A stretch of 64,000 bases of DNA, taken from assembly GCA_942491995.1 (NCBI GenBank), contig CALOCX010000017.1, positions 67,138-131,137 on the forward strand. The letters are read 5' to 3'. The stretch comes from an uncultured Gammaproteobacteria bacterium (lineage in GTDB: Bacteria; Pseudomonadota; Gammaproteobacteria; UBA9214). Positions 50,644 through 62,592 of this stretch are shown one piece after another; positions within the stretch are counted from its first letter, which is position 1, and the number at the start of each line of letters is the position of its first letter. The notes beneath the pieces were generated by a model, which was given only the letters and a program-made list of their open reading frames with translations, did no database searches and was not told the DNA's origin. Made by a program: the position numbers and the translations under genes.

Positions 50644-51624
50644 CTACGCCGGGTGCAGGCCCAGCTTGTCAAACAGGGCATCATCCCTGGCGGTATCCGG
50701 GTTGCCGGTGGTCAGTAATTTCTCGCCATAAAAGATGGAATTTGCACCGGCAAGGAAGCACAGCGCCTGCACCTCGTCGGTCATTTCGGCACGCCCGGCT
50801 GACAGGCGCACGTATGAGGCAGGCATCAGGATGCGCGCGGTCGCAATGGTGCGCACAAACTCAATGGCGTCGATGTCTGACTGCCGCTCAAGTGGCGTAC
50901 CCTCCACCTTCACCAGCTGGTTGATCGGTACGCTGCCGGGATGTTCAGGCAGGTTTGCCAGTTCGCACAACAGCGCCACCCGGTCTTCACGGCCCTCGCC
51001 GAGACCGACGATGCCGCCACAGCAGACATTGATACCCGCCTCGCGCACCTGTGTCAGGGTATCCAGGCGGTCATCGTAGGTCCGCGTGGTAATGATGTCG
51101 CCGTAGAATTCCGGCGAGGTATCGAGGTTATGGTTGTAGTAGTCCAGCCCGGCCTGCTTTAACTCAACTGCCTGCCCTGCATCCAGCATGCCGAGGGTCG
51201 CACAGGTCTCCAGCCCCTCGGCCTGCACCCGGCTCACCATCTCGAGCACACGCTCAAAATTCTTGCCCTTGGGATTTCGCCACGCGGCCCCCATGCAAAA
51301 ACGCGTTGCACCGGCCTGCTTCGCACGCTTTGCCGCCGTCACCACCGCCTCGACATCCATGAGGCGCTCGGACTCAAGCCCCGTGTCGTGATGCACGCTC
51401 TGCGGGCAGTAGTTGCAATCTTCCGGGCAACCACCGGTCTTGATACTCAGCAGGGTGCTGACCTGTACCGCATTTGGATCGAAATACTGCCTGTGCAGGG
51501 TCTGCGCCTGAAACAGCAACTCGTTGAAAGGAAGTTCAAAAATCGCCCTGACCTGGTCACGCGACCAGTCATGGCGTACGGCATTTTCAGGTTTATCCGA
51601 CAGACAGGCTGATTGATTACTCAT
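50644..51624 (-). CDS. bioB: biotin synthase
   Basis: Radical-SAM [11 protein letters not shown] plus BioB C-terminal motifs. First gene of bioBFHCD. Confidence 0.95.
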   Translation of the reverse strand: MSNQSACLSDKPENAVRHDWSRDQVRAIFELPFNELLFQAQTLHRQYFDPNAVQVSTLLSIKTGGCPEDCNYCPQSVHHDTGLESERLMDVEAVVTAAKRAKQAGATRFCMGAAWRNPKGKNFERVLEMVSRVQAEGLETCATLGMLDAGQAVELKQAGLDYYNHNLDTSPEFYGDIITTRTYDDRLDTLTQVREAGINVCCGGIVGLGEGREDRVALLCELANLPEHPGSVPINQLVKVEGTPLERQSDIDAIEFVRTIATARILMPASYVRLSAGRAEMTDEVQALCFLAGANSIFYGEKLLTTGNPDTARDDALFDKLGLHPA

Positions 51625-51700
51625 AGGCTTGGCATACCCCGTTTCAGTGGTCGATGACTATGGGACGATACTTTTTCGCTGTCAACCTGAAAAGGCTTGC

Positions 51701-52405
51701 ATGGTTTACAAGTACACTCAATGGCTGCAATCGCGACTGTTCCCGCCACAGTGCCGCCTGTGCGGTATCGCCACCGGCACTGCCCTGCGGCTGTGCTCGC
51801 AATGCCTGGCAGAGTCACCCTGGATCAGGAATGCCTGCATACAGTGCAGCATACCCCTGCCGGTAGAGGCGCAAGACAGCCGCTGTGGTCACTGCCAGAA
51901 ACAGCCGCCCGCCTTTGATACCACGACGGCACTGTTCCATTACCGGCCACCGGTTGATTACCTGATCAAGCAGCTAAAGTTTGCCAGTGAGCTGGGCATT
52001 GTGCCGCTGCTGGCGGCACTCATGTCTGCGCGACTGGCAACGCGTGCAGCTAACCTGCCCTCGCTGCTGGTGCCGGTGCCGCTGCATCCGACACGTCTGC
52101 GTGAACGTGGTTTCAACCAGGCGACGGAGCTGGCACGGCGTGTCGGTCGCGAACTGGGAATCCGCAGCGATCACCGGCTCTGCAGACGCAACCGCGATAC
52201 CCGGCCACAATCGCTGCTGTCTCCCAATGCTCGGCGCCTGAATTTGCGCAACGCCTTCAGCGTACAGGACGACTGCGTGGCCCGGCATGTCGCCATCATC
52301 GACGATGTCATGACCACCGGTCATACCAGCAACGAACTGGCGCGTGTATTAAAACGGGCCGGTGCGGAACGGGTAGAGGTATGGGTGATTGCGCGCGCGG
52401 GTTAA
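51701..52405 (+). CDS. comF: ComF-family phosphoribosyltransferase-like protein
   Basis: N-terminal zinc ribbon CRLCG...CSQC...CIQC...CGHCQ plus C-terminal PRT motif IIDDVMTTGHTS. Divergent from bioB. Confidence 0.75.
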   Translation: MVYKYTQWLQSRLFPPQCRLCGIATGTALRLCSQCLAESPWIRNACIQCSIPLPVEAQDSRCGHCQKQPPAFDTTTALFHYRPPVDYLIKQLKFASELGIVPLLAALMSARLATRAANLPSLLVPVPLHPTRLRERGFNQATELARRVGRELGIRSDHRLCRRNRDTRPQSLLSPNARRLNLRNAFSVQDDCVARHVAIIDDVMTTGHTSNELARVLKRAGAERVEVWVIARAG

Positions 52406-52436
52406 AAATGGTTCTGAGGGCATCACATGCACCCTG

Positions 52437-53306
52437 TCAGGCAAACATATAGTCGAACAGGATGCCCAGGAAGATCACCATCCCGAACCAGTTGTTATTC
52501 AGGAAAGCCTGAAAACAACCTTCACGGGTACGAAAGCGAATCAGGTACTGCTGATAAACCACCAGTACACCGGCCAGTAGCACGCCGAGATAGTAAATAC
52601 CCCCCATCTCCGCCTGGCGACCGATCATCAACAGGCACAACAGCACCATCACCTGGATGAGGCCAACGATCTGGCGATCGGAATCACCGAACAGGATGGC
52701 GGTCGACTTGATCCCCAGCGCCAGATCGTCTTCACGGTCGACCATCGCATACAGGGTATCGTAGGCAGTCGCCCACAGTAGTGTGGTAAGGAACATCAGC
52801 CAGGCAATTTGCGGCACCGCGCCGGTCTGTGCGGCAAAAGCCATCGGTACCGACCAGCCAAATGCGGCACCGAGAAATACCTGTGGCAGATGCGTGACGC
52901 GCTTCATGAAGGGATAGATGGCGGCCAGCAGCACGCCGGCAATGGATAACAGCATTGTCAGGGAATTGAGCTGCAATACCAGCAGGAAGGCCAGCAGGCA
53001 GAGTCCCAGGAACAGGAATTTTGCTTCCCTGGTCGTTACCCGTCCGCTGGTCAGCGGCCGGTTCTGGGTACGCGAGACATGACGATCGAAGTCACGATCG
53101 GCGTAATCATTGATGACACAGCCTGCGGAACGCATCAGGATGACGCCCAGCACGAATATAACCAGGATCTTTTGATCGGGGTGACCTTCACTGGCAATCA
53201 ACAGTGCCCAGAGTGTCGGCCACAGCAACAAAAAGATGCCGATCGGCTTGTCGAGCCGCATCAGGCGGGCATAATCACCCAGGCGCGTTGTTATCGATGA
53301 TGACAT
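52437..53306 (-). CDS. ubiA: 4-hydroxybenzoate octaprenyltransferase
   Basis: UbiA prenyltransferase motifs (NDYADRDFD...), 8-9 TM. Confidence 0.9.
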   Translation of the reverse strand: MSSSITTRLGDYARLMRLDKPIGIFLLLWPTLWALLIASEGHPDQKILVIFVLGVILMRSAGCVINDYADRDFDRHVSRTQNRPLTSGRVTTREAKFLFLGLCLLAFLLVLQLNSLTMLLSIAGVLLAAIYPFMKRVTHLPQVFLGAAFGWSVPMAFAAQTGAVPQIAWLMFLTTLLWATAYDTLYAMVDREDDLALGIKSTAILFGDSDRQIVGLIQVMVLLCLLMIGRQAEMGGIYYLGVLLAGVLVVYQQYLIRFRTREGCFQAFLNNNWFGMVIFLGILFDYMFA

Positions 53307-53358
53307 GGTGCTTGTTTTACGTTTTACACTTCTCGCTCTGTGCGTTCTTTGCTGCCCG

Positions 53359-53964
53359 TCATAGCTTCATGCCGGCGCTTCTCCAGCACGGCGCTGCAGG
53401 CCTGCCCGCCGGAAAACCCGGCAGAAATAATTCACTCACCAGCAGCGGCCTGCCGGAGAGCCTGAACACCGAGCGCCGTCCCCAGATCGCCGCGGGGCGC
53501 TGACGCAAATGGCGGGTAGCGGCCAGATAAAGAGACTGTCCCCTGCCGATCCGCGCCAACTCGACTCCACCGCGTTGCATACCCGGGTCGGCAAACAACA
53601 TGCCACCCAGCGGTCGCGTACCCAGGTGTGCAAGACGCTGCAATTTACCACGCAGTGATGTTACCGGGATGACAGTACGTGCATAAACACGGGGGTGGCC
53701 GTCGCAGAGCAGTTGCACCTGGCGGATAATCGCCAGGCGACCCGGCTTCATTTCCAGCACCCGTGCCTCATCTATCCGTGGCATTCCCCAGACCTGTGAC
53801 AACACCCGCACCTGGAATTTTCCCGGGCAGAGCCGCTGCAGGCGCAGGGTCAATGAAGCCGTATCCAGCAGCCAGCCGGAAAGATCCTGCGGAATACTGC
53901 TACGCAGAAAACACCGGCCGGGCTTCCAGCAAGTGGAGCGAGTGTCGGGAGCGGGCATATTCAA
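53359..53964 (-). CDS. ubiC: chorismate pyruvate-lyase
   Basis: 201 aa upstream of ubiA with UbiC-like sequence ([16 protein letters not shown]...). Start may be 2 codons further in. Confidence 0.7.
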   Translation of the reverse strand: MNMPAPDTRSTCWKPGRCFLRSSIPQDLSGWLLDTASLTLRLQRLCPGKFQVRVLSQVWGMPRIDEARVLEMKPGRLAIIRQVQLLCDGHPRVYARTVIPVTSLRGKLQRLAHLGTRPLGGMLFADPGMQRGGVELARIGRGQSLYLAATRHLRQRPAAIWGRRSVFRLSGRPLLVSELFLPGFPAGRPAAPCWRSAGMKL

Positions 53965-54030
53965 TGCAGATTGTTACCAGGGTTCAAAGGGGCCCGGATT
54001 ATCGCATGATTGTGCGCCGGTTTCCGCAGA

Positions 54031-56205
54031 TCAGACCTCCCCGTAATTAACCGCCGCCCCCAGCCAGCGACGGATCAGCGGTGCCACATTGTCGGGCGCC
54101 AGCGCCAGCAGCTGTACGGCGGCGGCCTCCACTGAAGTCAGTAATGCCTCGTCACGCAACAGGTCGGCAATGTGAAATTGCATTTCCCCGGTCTGGCGGG
54201 TGCCCAGCACCTCACCGGGACCGCGCAGTTCCATGTCACGGCGGGCAATTTCAAAACCGTCATTGCTGGCCCGCAGCACGGCAAGGCGTTCGCGCGCCGT
54301 CTCGGAGAGCGGCGGCTGGTAGAGCAACACACAACTGCTCTGCCGGGCACCACGACCGACGCGCCCGCGTAACTGGTGCAGTTGCGCCAGCCCCAGCCGC
54401 TCCGGATTCTCGATAATCATCAACGAGGCGTTTGGCACATCGACGCCAACTTCTATGACCGTCGTTGCGACCAGCAGGTCCAGAGCAGCTGCCTTGAACG
54501 CAGCCATCAGGGCTTCCTTTTGTGCCGCGGCCAGACGTCCGTGCACCAGCCCGATGCGCAGTTCCGGCAGGCACTCTGCCAGCATGGCAGCGGTTTTCTC
54601 GGCTGCCTGACATTGCAGCACATCGGATTCTTCAATCAGCGTACACACCCAGTAGGCCTGCTGCCCGGCCGCACAGGCCTTGCGTACCGACCGGATCACT
54701 TCCTCGCGGCGCTCCTGACTGACTGCCACGGTCTTGACCGGCTGTCGCCCGGGCGGCAATTCGTCAATCACCGAGGTATCCAGGTCGGCATACACGGTCA
54801 TCGCCAGCGTGCGTGGTATCGGTGTGGCTGTCATCACCAGCTGGTGCGGTCGCTGCTCGCCCGTCCTGCCCTTGTCACGCAGTGCCAGGCGCTGGTGCAC
54901 ACCGAAACGATGCTGCTCATCGATGATCACCAGTCCCAGCCGGGAAAAGTCGACCTCGTCCTGGAACAGCGCATGCGTGCCAACCGCCACAGCTGCCTTG
55001 CCGTCACTGATAGCCTGCAGTGCAGCACTGCGCGTTTTGCCTTTCGATTTACCGGCATGCCAGGCAACGCGGATATCCAGTGGCGACAACCATTCACTGA
55101 AGCTGCGGTAATGCTGTTCGGCAAGCAGTTCCGTGGGCGCCATCAACGCGACCTGGTAGCCGGCCTGCACCGCCATCAATGCCGCACACGCCGCCACCAC
55201 CGTCTTGCCGGAGCCGACATCGCCCTGCACCAGGCGTGCCATCGGGTGCCGGCGGGCAAGGTCCTGTTGAATTTCGCTGACCACCCGCTGTTGCGCCGCG
55301 GTCAGCGTGAACGGCAGGCTGCGGGTATAGCGATCGACCAGTGTCTGGCTACTGCCAAAGGCCGGCGCCGCCAGCTGCTGCGTACGCTGGCGCAAGCGTC
55401 TCAGGCTGAGGTGATGCGCCAGCAGCTCCTCGAAGGCAAGCCGTTGCTGGGCCGGGTGCCTGCCGGTCGCCAGTAACTCAAGTGGCGCATCCGGTGGCGG
55501 GCGATGCACATAACGCAGTGCCGCCGTCAGTGACGTCAGCTTGAATGAACGCACCAGCGCCGCTGGCAACCAGTCAACCAGAACGCTGGCGTTGTCACTG
55601 TCCTGCCCGCCCAGGTAGTCCAGTGCCTGTTCGCTCAAGGCACGCAAAGTGAGCTGATGAACACCCTCTGTGGCCGGGTACACGGGCGTGAGATGCGCCT
55701 CCATGACGGTCGGCGCATTGAGCGGCAGCAACGTGTACTCGGGATGGATCAATTCCAGTGAGCCGGCACTGCCACGCGCCTCCCCGTAACAGCGAATCGC
55801 CGTGCCGCGCTGAAAACCGGCCTGCTGGTTGGCATTGAAATGGAAAAAACGCAGCGTCAGGGCACCGCTGCCGTCACTGATACGCACCAGCAGGCTGCGC
55901 CGCCGCCCGAAACGAACTTCCGCCAGATCGACTTCACCCTGCACCACCACCTGCTGGCCGGGCTGCACCGCCCCCATGGGCGTGACCCGGGTACGGTCCT
56001 CGTAGCGTGCCGGCAGGTGAAACAGCACATCCTGCAGCGTACGGATATTCAGTCGCTGCAGGCGCTCCGCAACGCGCGGTCCCACACCCTTGAGCACGGT
56101 AACCGGGAGCGTGTCGAGATTGTCGGATGCTTGGCTCAAGGATTCAGGTTTGTTGCCACCCGCGGACGAATCAGCGCGCTGCTGCCCGCGTGGCAATGAC
56201 GCCAT
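54031..56205 (-). CDS. recG: ATP-dependent DNA helicase RecG
   Basis: Wedge domain plus superfamily-2 helicase (GDVGSGKT, DEQHRFG). 724 aa. N-terminal start uncertain. Confidence 0.9.
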   Translation of the reverse strand: MASLPRGQQRADSSAGGNKPESLSQASDNLDTLPVTVLKGVGPRVAERLQRLNIRTLQDVLFHLPARYEDRTRVTPMGAVQPGQQVVVQGEVDLAEVRFGRRRSLLVRISDGSGALTLRFFHFNANQQAGFQRGTAIRCYGEARGSAGSLELIHPEYTLLPLNAPTVMEAHLTPVYPATEGVHQLTLRALSEQALDYLGGQDSDNASVLVDWLPAALVRSFKLTSLTAALRYVHRPPPDAPLELLATGRHPAQQRLAFEELLAHHLSLRRLRQRTQQLAAPAFGSSQTLVDRYTRSLPFTLTAAQQRVVSEIQQDLARRHPMARLVQGDVGSGKTVVAACAALMAVQAGYQVALMAPTELLAEQHYRSFSEWLSPLDIRVAWHAGKSKGKTRSAALQAISDGKAAVAVGTHALFQDEVDFSRLGLVIIDEQHRFGVHQRLALRDKGRTGEQRPHQLVMTATPIPRTLAMTVYADLDTSVIDELPPGRQPVKTVAVSQERREEVIRSVRKACAAGQQAYWVCTLIEESDVLQCQAAEKTAAMLAECLPELRIGLVHGRLAAAQKEALMAAFKAAALDLLVATTVIEVGVDVPNASLMIIENPERLGLAQLHQLRGRVGRGARQSSCVLLYQPPLSETARERLAVLRASNDGFEIARRDMELRGPGEVLGTRQTGEMQFHIADLLRDEALLTSVEAAAVQLLALAPDNVAPLIRRWLGAAVNYGEV

Positions 56206-56216
56206 CCGGCTGGCGG

Positions 56217-56606
56217 CTAACCGCTGCCCAGCTCCATGACCGCATCCATTTCCACCTGTGCACCCCTGGGCAACGCGGCAACACCGACAGCCGCGCGTGC
56301 CGGATAGGGCTCGCGAAAGTACTCGGCCATGATTTCATTGACCAGCGCGAAATGCCCGAGATCGAGAAGAAATACATTCAATTTGACAACATCGGCCAGT
56401 GACCCGCCAGTCGCCTCCGCAACCGCGGCAAGGTTATCAAACACGCGCCGGATCTGTGCCTCCATGTTATCGCCGACCAGTTCCATGGTATCGGGTCGCA
56501 GTGGAATCTGCCCTGACAGGTAGACGGTGTTGCCGGTACGAACCGCTTGCGAATAGGTCCCGATGGCCTGTGGCGCGTTGTCTGTCTGAATGGTTTTACG
56601 GGTCAT
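56217..56606 (-). CDS. ridA: RidA/YjgF family reactive-intermediate deaminase
   Basis: 129 aa, [20 protein letters not shown]-terminal signature. Confidence 0.9.
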   Translation of the reverse strand: MTRKTIQTDNAPQAIGTYSQAVRTGNTVYLSGQIPLRPDTMELVGDNMEAQIRRVFDNLAAVAEATGGSLADVVKLNVFLLDLGHFALVNEIMAEYFREPYPARAAVGVAALPRGAQVEMDAVMELGSG

Positions 56607-56647
56607 AGCAATCCCCTGGATATGAAAAATTCTGGAACGAAACGACT

Positions 56648-58801
56648 TCAGCCTTTGGTCCGCGTAATCTTGATGACCGAGGGGATATTGTGCACTCGAC
56701 GCATGACGCGTGCCAGGTGTCGACGATTGTGTACCGTTATGGTGAAGCGCAGATTGTTGGTCAGCCCGTCACGTTCCTCGATACCGACGTTTTCGATATT
56801 GGAATCCGAATCACCGATGACAGTGGCAACCGTCGCCAGTACGCCCCTGCGATCCTCGACGATAACGCTGACTTCAACGGGAAACTCTTCCTCAATCGAC
56901 GGTTCCCATTGCACATCAAGGTAGTTTTCCGGCGGGTATTTACTGTCGGCAATGTTTCTGCAGTTCTGGGCATGAATCATCAGGCCACGCCCACCGGTAA
57001 TAACACCGATAACCGGGTCACCCGGTATCGGGCGACAGCACTTCGAAAAGCGTGTCACCATGCCTTCGGTACCCTTGATCACCAACGGTCGCATGGCCAT
57101 ATCGCCGTCTTTTGAACCGGCATCCTCCGCCGGCACAAGGGCACGCGCCACCAGCACCGAGGAGCGTCTTCCCATACCTATTTCTACCAGCAGATCGTCG
57201 ACAGTTTTCAGGTGATACTCTTTCAATAATACCTGCAGTCGCTTCTTTGATATGTCCTTCGCGGTGACTTCAAAAACACCCAGTGCGCGATCCAGCATGC
57301 GACGCCCCAGCTGGATGGCCTCTTCCCGTTTCAGGCTTTTCTGGTAATGGCGGATATTGGAGCGCGCCTTGGCAGACACCGCAAAGCTCAGCCAGGCGGG
57401 ACTCGGGCAGGCACCGGGGGCAGTCACGATCTCGACCGTCTGGCCGTTATGCAACATGGTGCGCAACGGTACGACCTGGCGGTTAACCTTCGCATCGATA
57501 CAGGTATTGCCGACATCGGTGTGCACGGCGTACGCAAAATCGATCACCGTCGACCCGTAGGGCAGCTTCATGATCTCTCCCGCCGGGGTAAACACATAAA
57601 CAGCATCCGGAAACAGGTCAACCTTGACGTTCTCGAGAAACTCCAGCGAGTCACCTGCACGGGTCTGCATCTCCAGCAGCTCGCGCATCCACTCACGTGC
57701 ACCGGCGTGCATCTGGTCAAGCCTTTCTTCGTTTGCCTTGTATACCCAGTGTGCCGCCACACCCGATTCGGCGACCTTGTTCATGTCCTCAGTGCGAATC
57801 TGCACCTCGATCGGCACACCATAGGGGCCGAACAGAATACTGTGTAGTGACTGGTAACCATTGGCCTTGGGAATGGCGATATAGTCCTTGAACTTGCCCG
57901 GTACCGGCTTGTACAGATTGTGCATGATACCGAGCGCCCGGTAACAGGCATCGACATCATTGACAATGATTCGAAACGCGTAGACGTCGTAGATCTCTTC
58001 AAATGACAGGGTCTTGTCACGGATCTTGCGGTACAGACTGTAGAGATGCTTCTCGCGGCTGAGTACCCGCGCGGACAGGTTTTCCTGCTGTATGCGGCGC
58101 TTGATGGCCGCGTCTATCTTGTTGAGGACTTCCTTGCGGTGGCCACGTGCAGCAAGCACCGCCTTTTCCAGCACCTTGTAGCGTAGCGGGTAGAGTGCAG
58201 CAAAACCCAGGTCTTCCAGTTCCACGCGCAACGCATTGATACCGAGACGATTGGCAATCGGGGCGTAGATATCCAGGGTTTCGCGGGCGATGCGCCGGCG
58301 TTTGTCAGGCCGCATCACACCCAGCGTGCGCATGTTATGCAGGCGGTCCGCCAGCTTCACCAGGATGACGCGGATATCACGCACCATGGCAAGAATCATC
58401 TTGCGGAAATTCTCCGCCTGGGCTTCTGCCGGGCTCTCGAACTCTATTTGCGTCAGCTTGCTGACCCCGTCCACCAGCTCAGCCACATCGGCACCGAAGG
58501 CGCTTTCGATCTGCTCCTTGGCGATCGGTGTATCCTCGATCACGTCATGCAGAATGGCCGCAATAATGGACTTGTGATCGAGGCGCAGCTCCGCAAGAAT
58601 GCGTGCCGCGGCAATGGGGTGGTAGATGTAGGGCTCACCGGACAAGCGGTGCTGTCCTTCATGCGCCTCTGCGCCAAACAGGTAGGCACGATAGACCTCC
58701 TGCACCTGGTCCAGGTCCAGGTAGGACTCCAGCATCTTGCACAGATCGCTGATCAGAAATCGCGATTCATCTGCTGCGTGTAAATCCGGGTTAGTGGCCA
58801 T
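56648..58801 (-). CDS. spoT: bifunctional (p)ppGpp synthetase / hydrolase
   Basis: HD hydrolase domain ([11 protein letters not shown]), synthetase domain, TGS and ACT domains. Adjacent to rpoZ. Confidence 0.9.
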   Translation of the reverse strand: MATNPDLHAADESRFLISDLCKMLESYLDLDQVQEVYRAYLFGAEAHEGQHRLSGEPYIYHPIAAARILAELRLDHKSIIAAILHDVIEDTPIAKEQIESAFGADVAELVDGVSKLTQIEFESPAEAQAENFRKMILAMVRDIRVILVKLADRLHNMRTLGVMRPDKRRRIARETLDIYAPIANRLGINALRVELEDLGFAALYPLRYKVLEKAVLAARGHRKEVLNKIDAAIKRRIQQENLSARVLSREKHLYSLYRKIRDKTLSFEEIYDVYAFRIIVNDVDACYRALGIMHNLYKPVPGKFKDYIAIPKANGYQSLHSILFGPYGVPIEVQIRTEDMNKVAESGVAAHWVYKANEERLDQMHAGAREWMRELLEMQTRAGDSLEFLENVKVDLFPDAVYVFTPAGEIMKLPYGSTVIDFAYAVHTDVGNTCIDAKVNRQVVPLRTMLHNGQTVEIVTAPGACPSPAWLSFAVSAKARSNIRHYQKSLKREEAIQLGRRMLDRALGVFEVTAKDISKKRLQVLLKEYHLKTVDDLLVEIGMGRRSSVLVARALVPAEDAGSKDGDMAMRPLVIKGTEGMVTRFSKCCRPIPGDPVIGVITGGRGLMIHAQNCRNIADSKYPPENYLDVQWEPSIEEEFPVEVSVIVEDRRGVLATVATVIGDSDSNIENVGIEERDGLTNNLRFTITVHNRRHLARVMRRVHNIPSVIKITRTKG

Positions 58802-59010
58802 AAAACCTTGCTAAGCGGTGCCTGCCTGTACTGACTGCGATTTATCCGACATTGATAATAAATCAATGACTGCCCGGGAGTCCCAAAAATATTCGGGACT
58901 GCTACACGGGCATGCACCACGTCACCGACGCGGTCATGGCACAGCAGTATTCAGGATGTTTGCGACCGAATGGCCGCTGCCCTGTGTTGCGGGCAGGCGT
59001 GATCCCGGGA

Positions 59011-59385
59011 TCAGCTTTCTGTTGCGGGCGGTGTGTCGGCTTCGTCGTCAGGTGTTGCAGCTTCTGCTGCTGTGGCTGTGGCTTCAGGGACTTCGGCGTC
59101 GGTTGCTACCGCGGCTTCGGGTGGTGCAGTTTCTTCAGCGGCATCGCTCACAGCCTCTTCCTCGTCATCCTCAAACACGGAATGAACCGTCTCTTCCAGG
59201 ATACTCGGGCCGACCAGACCCTCGGCGATCTCACGCAGCGCGACGATGGTCGGCTTGTCATTTTCCCAGGGCACGAGGGGCTGCACGCCGTTAGCGAGCT
59301 GGCGGGCACGCTTGGTCGCGACCAGCACCAGCTGGAAGCGGTTATCAACCTTGTCGAGACAATCTTCTACGGTAACGCGTGCCAT
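59011..59385 (-). CDS. rpoZ: RNA polymerase omega subunit with ~45-aa acidic Ala/Thr/Pro/Glu-rich C-terminal tail
   Basis: [30 protein letters not shown]... then [53 protein letters not shown]. Confidence 0.9.
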   Translation of the reverse strand: MARVTVEDCLDKVDNRFQLVLVATKRARQLANGVQPLVPWENDKPTIVALREIAEGLVGPSILEETVHSVFEDDEEEAVSDAAEETAPPEAAVATDAEVPEATATAAEAATPDDEADTPPATES

Positions 59386-59442
59386 GTAACTCTCCGGAAA
59401 ACCTGCAAATACTGACTAACGGGGCGTGCGAGTGTACCCGAA

Positions 59443-60114
<672 letters not shown>

Positions 60115-60981
60115 TTATTCCGTGTTTTGTACCTGCTCGCGCATTTGCTCGATCAGGACCTTGAGCTCGACCGAGATATTGGTTGTCACTGCCGCGACCG
60201 ACTTTGACCCCAGCGTGTTTGCCTCGCGGTTCAGTTCCTGCATCAGGAAATCCAGGCGCCGCCCAACCGGTTTATCGCCCGCCAGCACCCGGCGCACCTC
60301 GTCAATGTGCCCCTGCAGCCGCTCCATTTCCTCATCCACATCACTTTTCTGGATTTGTATGACCAGTTCCTGTTCCAGGCGCCCGGGATCGGCCGCCGTC
60401 TCCAGGTCGGCCAGCCGTGCTTCCAGTTTTTCCCGCAGCGCCGCCTGTAGCTGCGGCAGATTGCTGCGCACCTGCTGCACCAGTTCACTCATGGCATCAC
60501 AGCGCTGCAACAACTGCTGCCTGATTTGCTCACCCTCGCGTTCCCTGAACTGCATCAATTCATCCAGGGTACGGTCCAGCAGAGCCAGCGCATGTTTGAC
60601 CAGCGGTGCCGTGTCGACAGACTCCTCACGCAATACACCGGGCCAGCGCAACAGTTCAATCGGGTTCAGGGGCACTGATGCCGGCAGTCTGGCAGATACG
60701 ATGTCACAGGCAGTCAGCAAACGCGACAGATTATCCTGGTCGATATCGACCGGTACGGCCCCGGTTACTGCCGGCCGGTAGCGGCAGGAACATTCCACCT
60801 TGCCACGCCCGAGACGCGCACCCACCCGCTCACGTACCGCCGCTTCCATGGCACGGAGTTCCTCCGGCAAGCGCACCCCCAGTTCCAGGTAACGATGGTT
60901 CAGCGAGCGGATTTCCCAGGCCAGTTCTCCCGAACCGGTATCCAGCTCCTGTCGTGCAAAGGCCGTCATGCTGCGTATCAT
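60115..60981 (-). CDS. yicC: YicC/YloC family endoribonuclease
   Basis: MIRSMTAFARQELDTGSGELAWEIRSLNHRYLE matches the YicC N-terminus. Confidence 0.85.
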   Translation of the reverse strand: MIRSMTAFARQELDTGSGELAWEIRSLNHRYLELGVRLPEELRAMEAAVRERVGARLGRGKVECSCRYRPAVTGAVPVDIDQDNLSRLLTACDIVSARLPASVPLNPIELLRWPGVLREESVDTAPLVKHALALLDRTLDELMQFREREGEQIRQQLLQRCDAMSELVQQVRSNLPQLQAALREKLEARLADLETAADPGRLEQELVIQIQKSDVDEEMERLQGHIDEVRRVLAGDKPVGRRLDFLMQELNREANTLGSKSVAAVTTNISVELKVLIEQMREQVQNTE

Positions 60982-61221
60982 GCTGTCACCAGAGACTCAT
61001 TCATCCGTATTAAAGGCCAACATGGTAAGCCTAAAGGACAGGCTTTAACAGACAGGGCTCGATTACCGCAAGGCACAGCAACCCGCCCCGGAACACCAGT
61101 CAAGCGCCGCCGCACTCGGCAGATTCCTGTGACAGGCCGCCCGTTGAAATAATACAGACAGGCGCGGGCAACCAGTATCACGCTATAATCCGCGCCTCTT
61201 TTGATCAGCAAGGATCCCCTT

Positions 61222-61941
61222 ATGCGCCCAAGCCACCGCGCCCCGGACGAAATGCGGCACGTCCGCATCACCCGCAACTACACCAAACATGCCGAAGGTT
61301 CCGTGCTCGTGGAATTCGGTGACACCCGCGTTTTATGCAATGCCACTCTTGAGGAGCGGGTACCGGGATTCCTCCGCGGCAAGGGCGAAGGCTGGGTGAC
61401 GGCTGAATACGGCATGCTGCCGCGATCCACTACCAGCCGCATGGGGCGTGAAGCCGCACGCGGCAAACAGGGTGGCCGCACCATGGAGATCCAGCGTCTC
61501 ATCGGTCGCTCGCTGCGTGCCGTCATGGACATGAAGCTGCTCGGCGAACGTTCCATCACCATTGACTGCGATGTGATCCAGGCCGACGGCGGCACGCGCA
61601 CGGCCAGCATTACCGGTGGATATGTCGCACTGGCCGATGCCATCCAGACGCTTCTGGATAAGAGAGTCATCGACAAAAACCCGCTCATCGGGCGCGTCGC
61701 CTCGGTGTCCGTCGGCATCTATGAAGGTACACCGGTACTGGACCTGGATTATCCGGAAGACTGTAATGCAGAAACCGACATGAACGTGGTTATGAGTGAT
61801 GCCGGTGATTTTATCGAGGTTCAGGGCACTGCCGAGGGCCACCCGTTCAGCCAGGATGAATTGAACAGCATGCTGGCACTGGCGAAGAAAGGCATCACGG
61901 AACTGCTTGCCAGCCAGCAGGCAGCGCTGGCGCAGGAGTAA
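61222..61941 (+). CDS. rph: ribonuclease PH
   Basis: [39 protein letters not shown]... TATAAT at 61184-61189 upstream. Confidence 0.95.
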   Translation: MRPSHRAPDEMRHVRITRNYTKHAEGSVLVEFGDTRVLCNATLEERVPGFLRGKGEGWVTAEYGMLPRSTTSRMGREAARGKQGGRTMEIQRLIGRSLRAVMDMKLLGERSITIDCDVIQADGGTRTASITGGYVALADAIQTLLDKRVIDKNPLIGRVASVSVGIYEGTPVLDLDYPEDCNAETDMNVVMSDAGDFIEVQGTAEGHPFSQDELNSMLALAKKGITELLASQQAALAQE

Positions 61942-61948
61942 CAGGGCA

Positions 61949-62551
61949 GTGAAAGAAATCGTCCTTGCCAGCAGTAACCCGGGAAAGGTACGCGAGATCA
62001 ACCAGTTGCTTGCCATGCTTGACCTGCATGTGCAGCCGCAGAGCGAATTCGGCGTCATCGATGCCGAGGAGACCGGCCTGACCTTTGTCGAGAACGCCAT
62101 CCTCAAGGCACGCAATGCCGCACAACACACCGGCCTGCCCGCTATCGCGGATGATTCAGGCATTGAAGTCGATGCCCTCAATGGCGCACCCGGCATCTAC
62201 TCTGCGCGCTTTGCCGGCGACAACGCCAGCGACCAGGCGAATCTTGAAAAACTGCTGTCCGAACTCGAGGGTCTGCCCGAGGCACAGCGCAGTGCCCGCT
62301 TTCAATGCCTGATGGTGTTCATGGCGCATGCCAACGACCCGACGCCCGTGATCTGCCAGGGCACCTGGGAAGGGCGCATTCTGACTACGGCGCGTGGCGA
62401 CAACGGCTTCGGTTATGACCCGGTATTCTACGTCCCGACCCATGACTGTTCGTCGGCCGAGCTGTCGGCTGATGTTAAAAATGCCCTCAGTCATCGCGGG
62501 CAGGCACTGCGACAACTGGTCACCGCACTGCAACACTACCGCGAACAATAG
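61949..62551 (+). CDS. rdgB: RdgB/HAM1 non-canonical purine NTP pyrophosphatase
   Basis: IVLASSNPGKVRE...FYVP... HAM1 motifs. GTG at 61949, 8 nt after the rph stop; the track ORF overlaps rph. Confidence 0.85.
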   Translation: MKEIVLASSNPGKVREINQLLAMLDLHVQPQSEFGVIDAEETGLTFVENAILKARNAAQHTGLPAIADDSGIEVDALNGAPGIYSARFAGDNASDQANLEKLLSELEGLPEAQRSARFQCLMVFMAHANDPTPVICQGTWEGRILTTARGDNGFGYDPVFYVPTHDCSSAELSADVKNALSHRGQALRQLVTALQHYREQ

Positions 62552-62592
62552 TCCTTGCGCCGCCACCCGGAATGTCCCGCATTGACAGAGAG

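Noticed and set aside
54376-55476. 366-aa ORF on the + strand
   Set aside because: Antisense to recG. No start context; Arg/His/Gln-rich.
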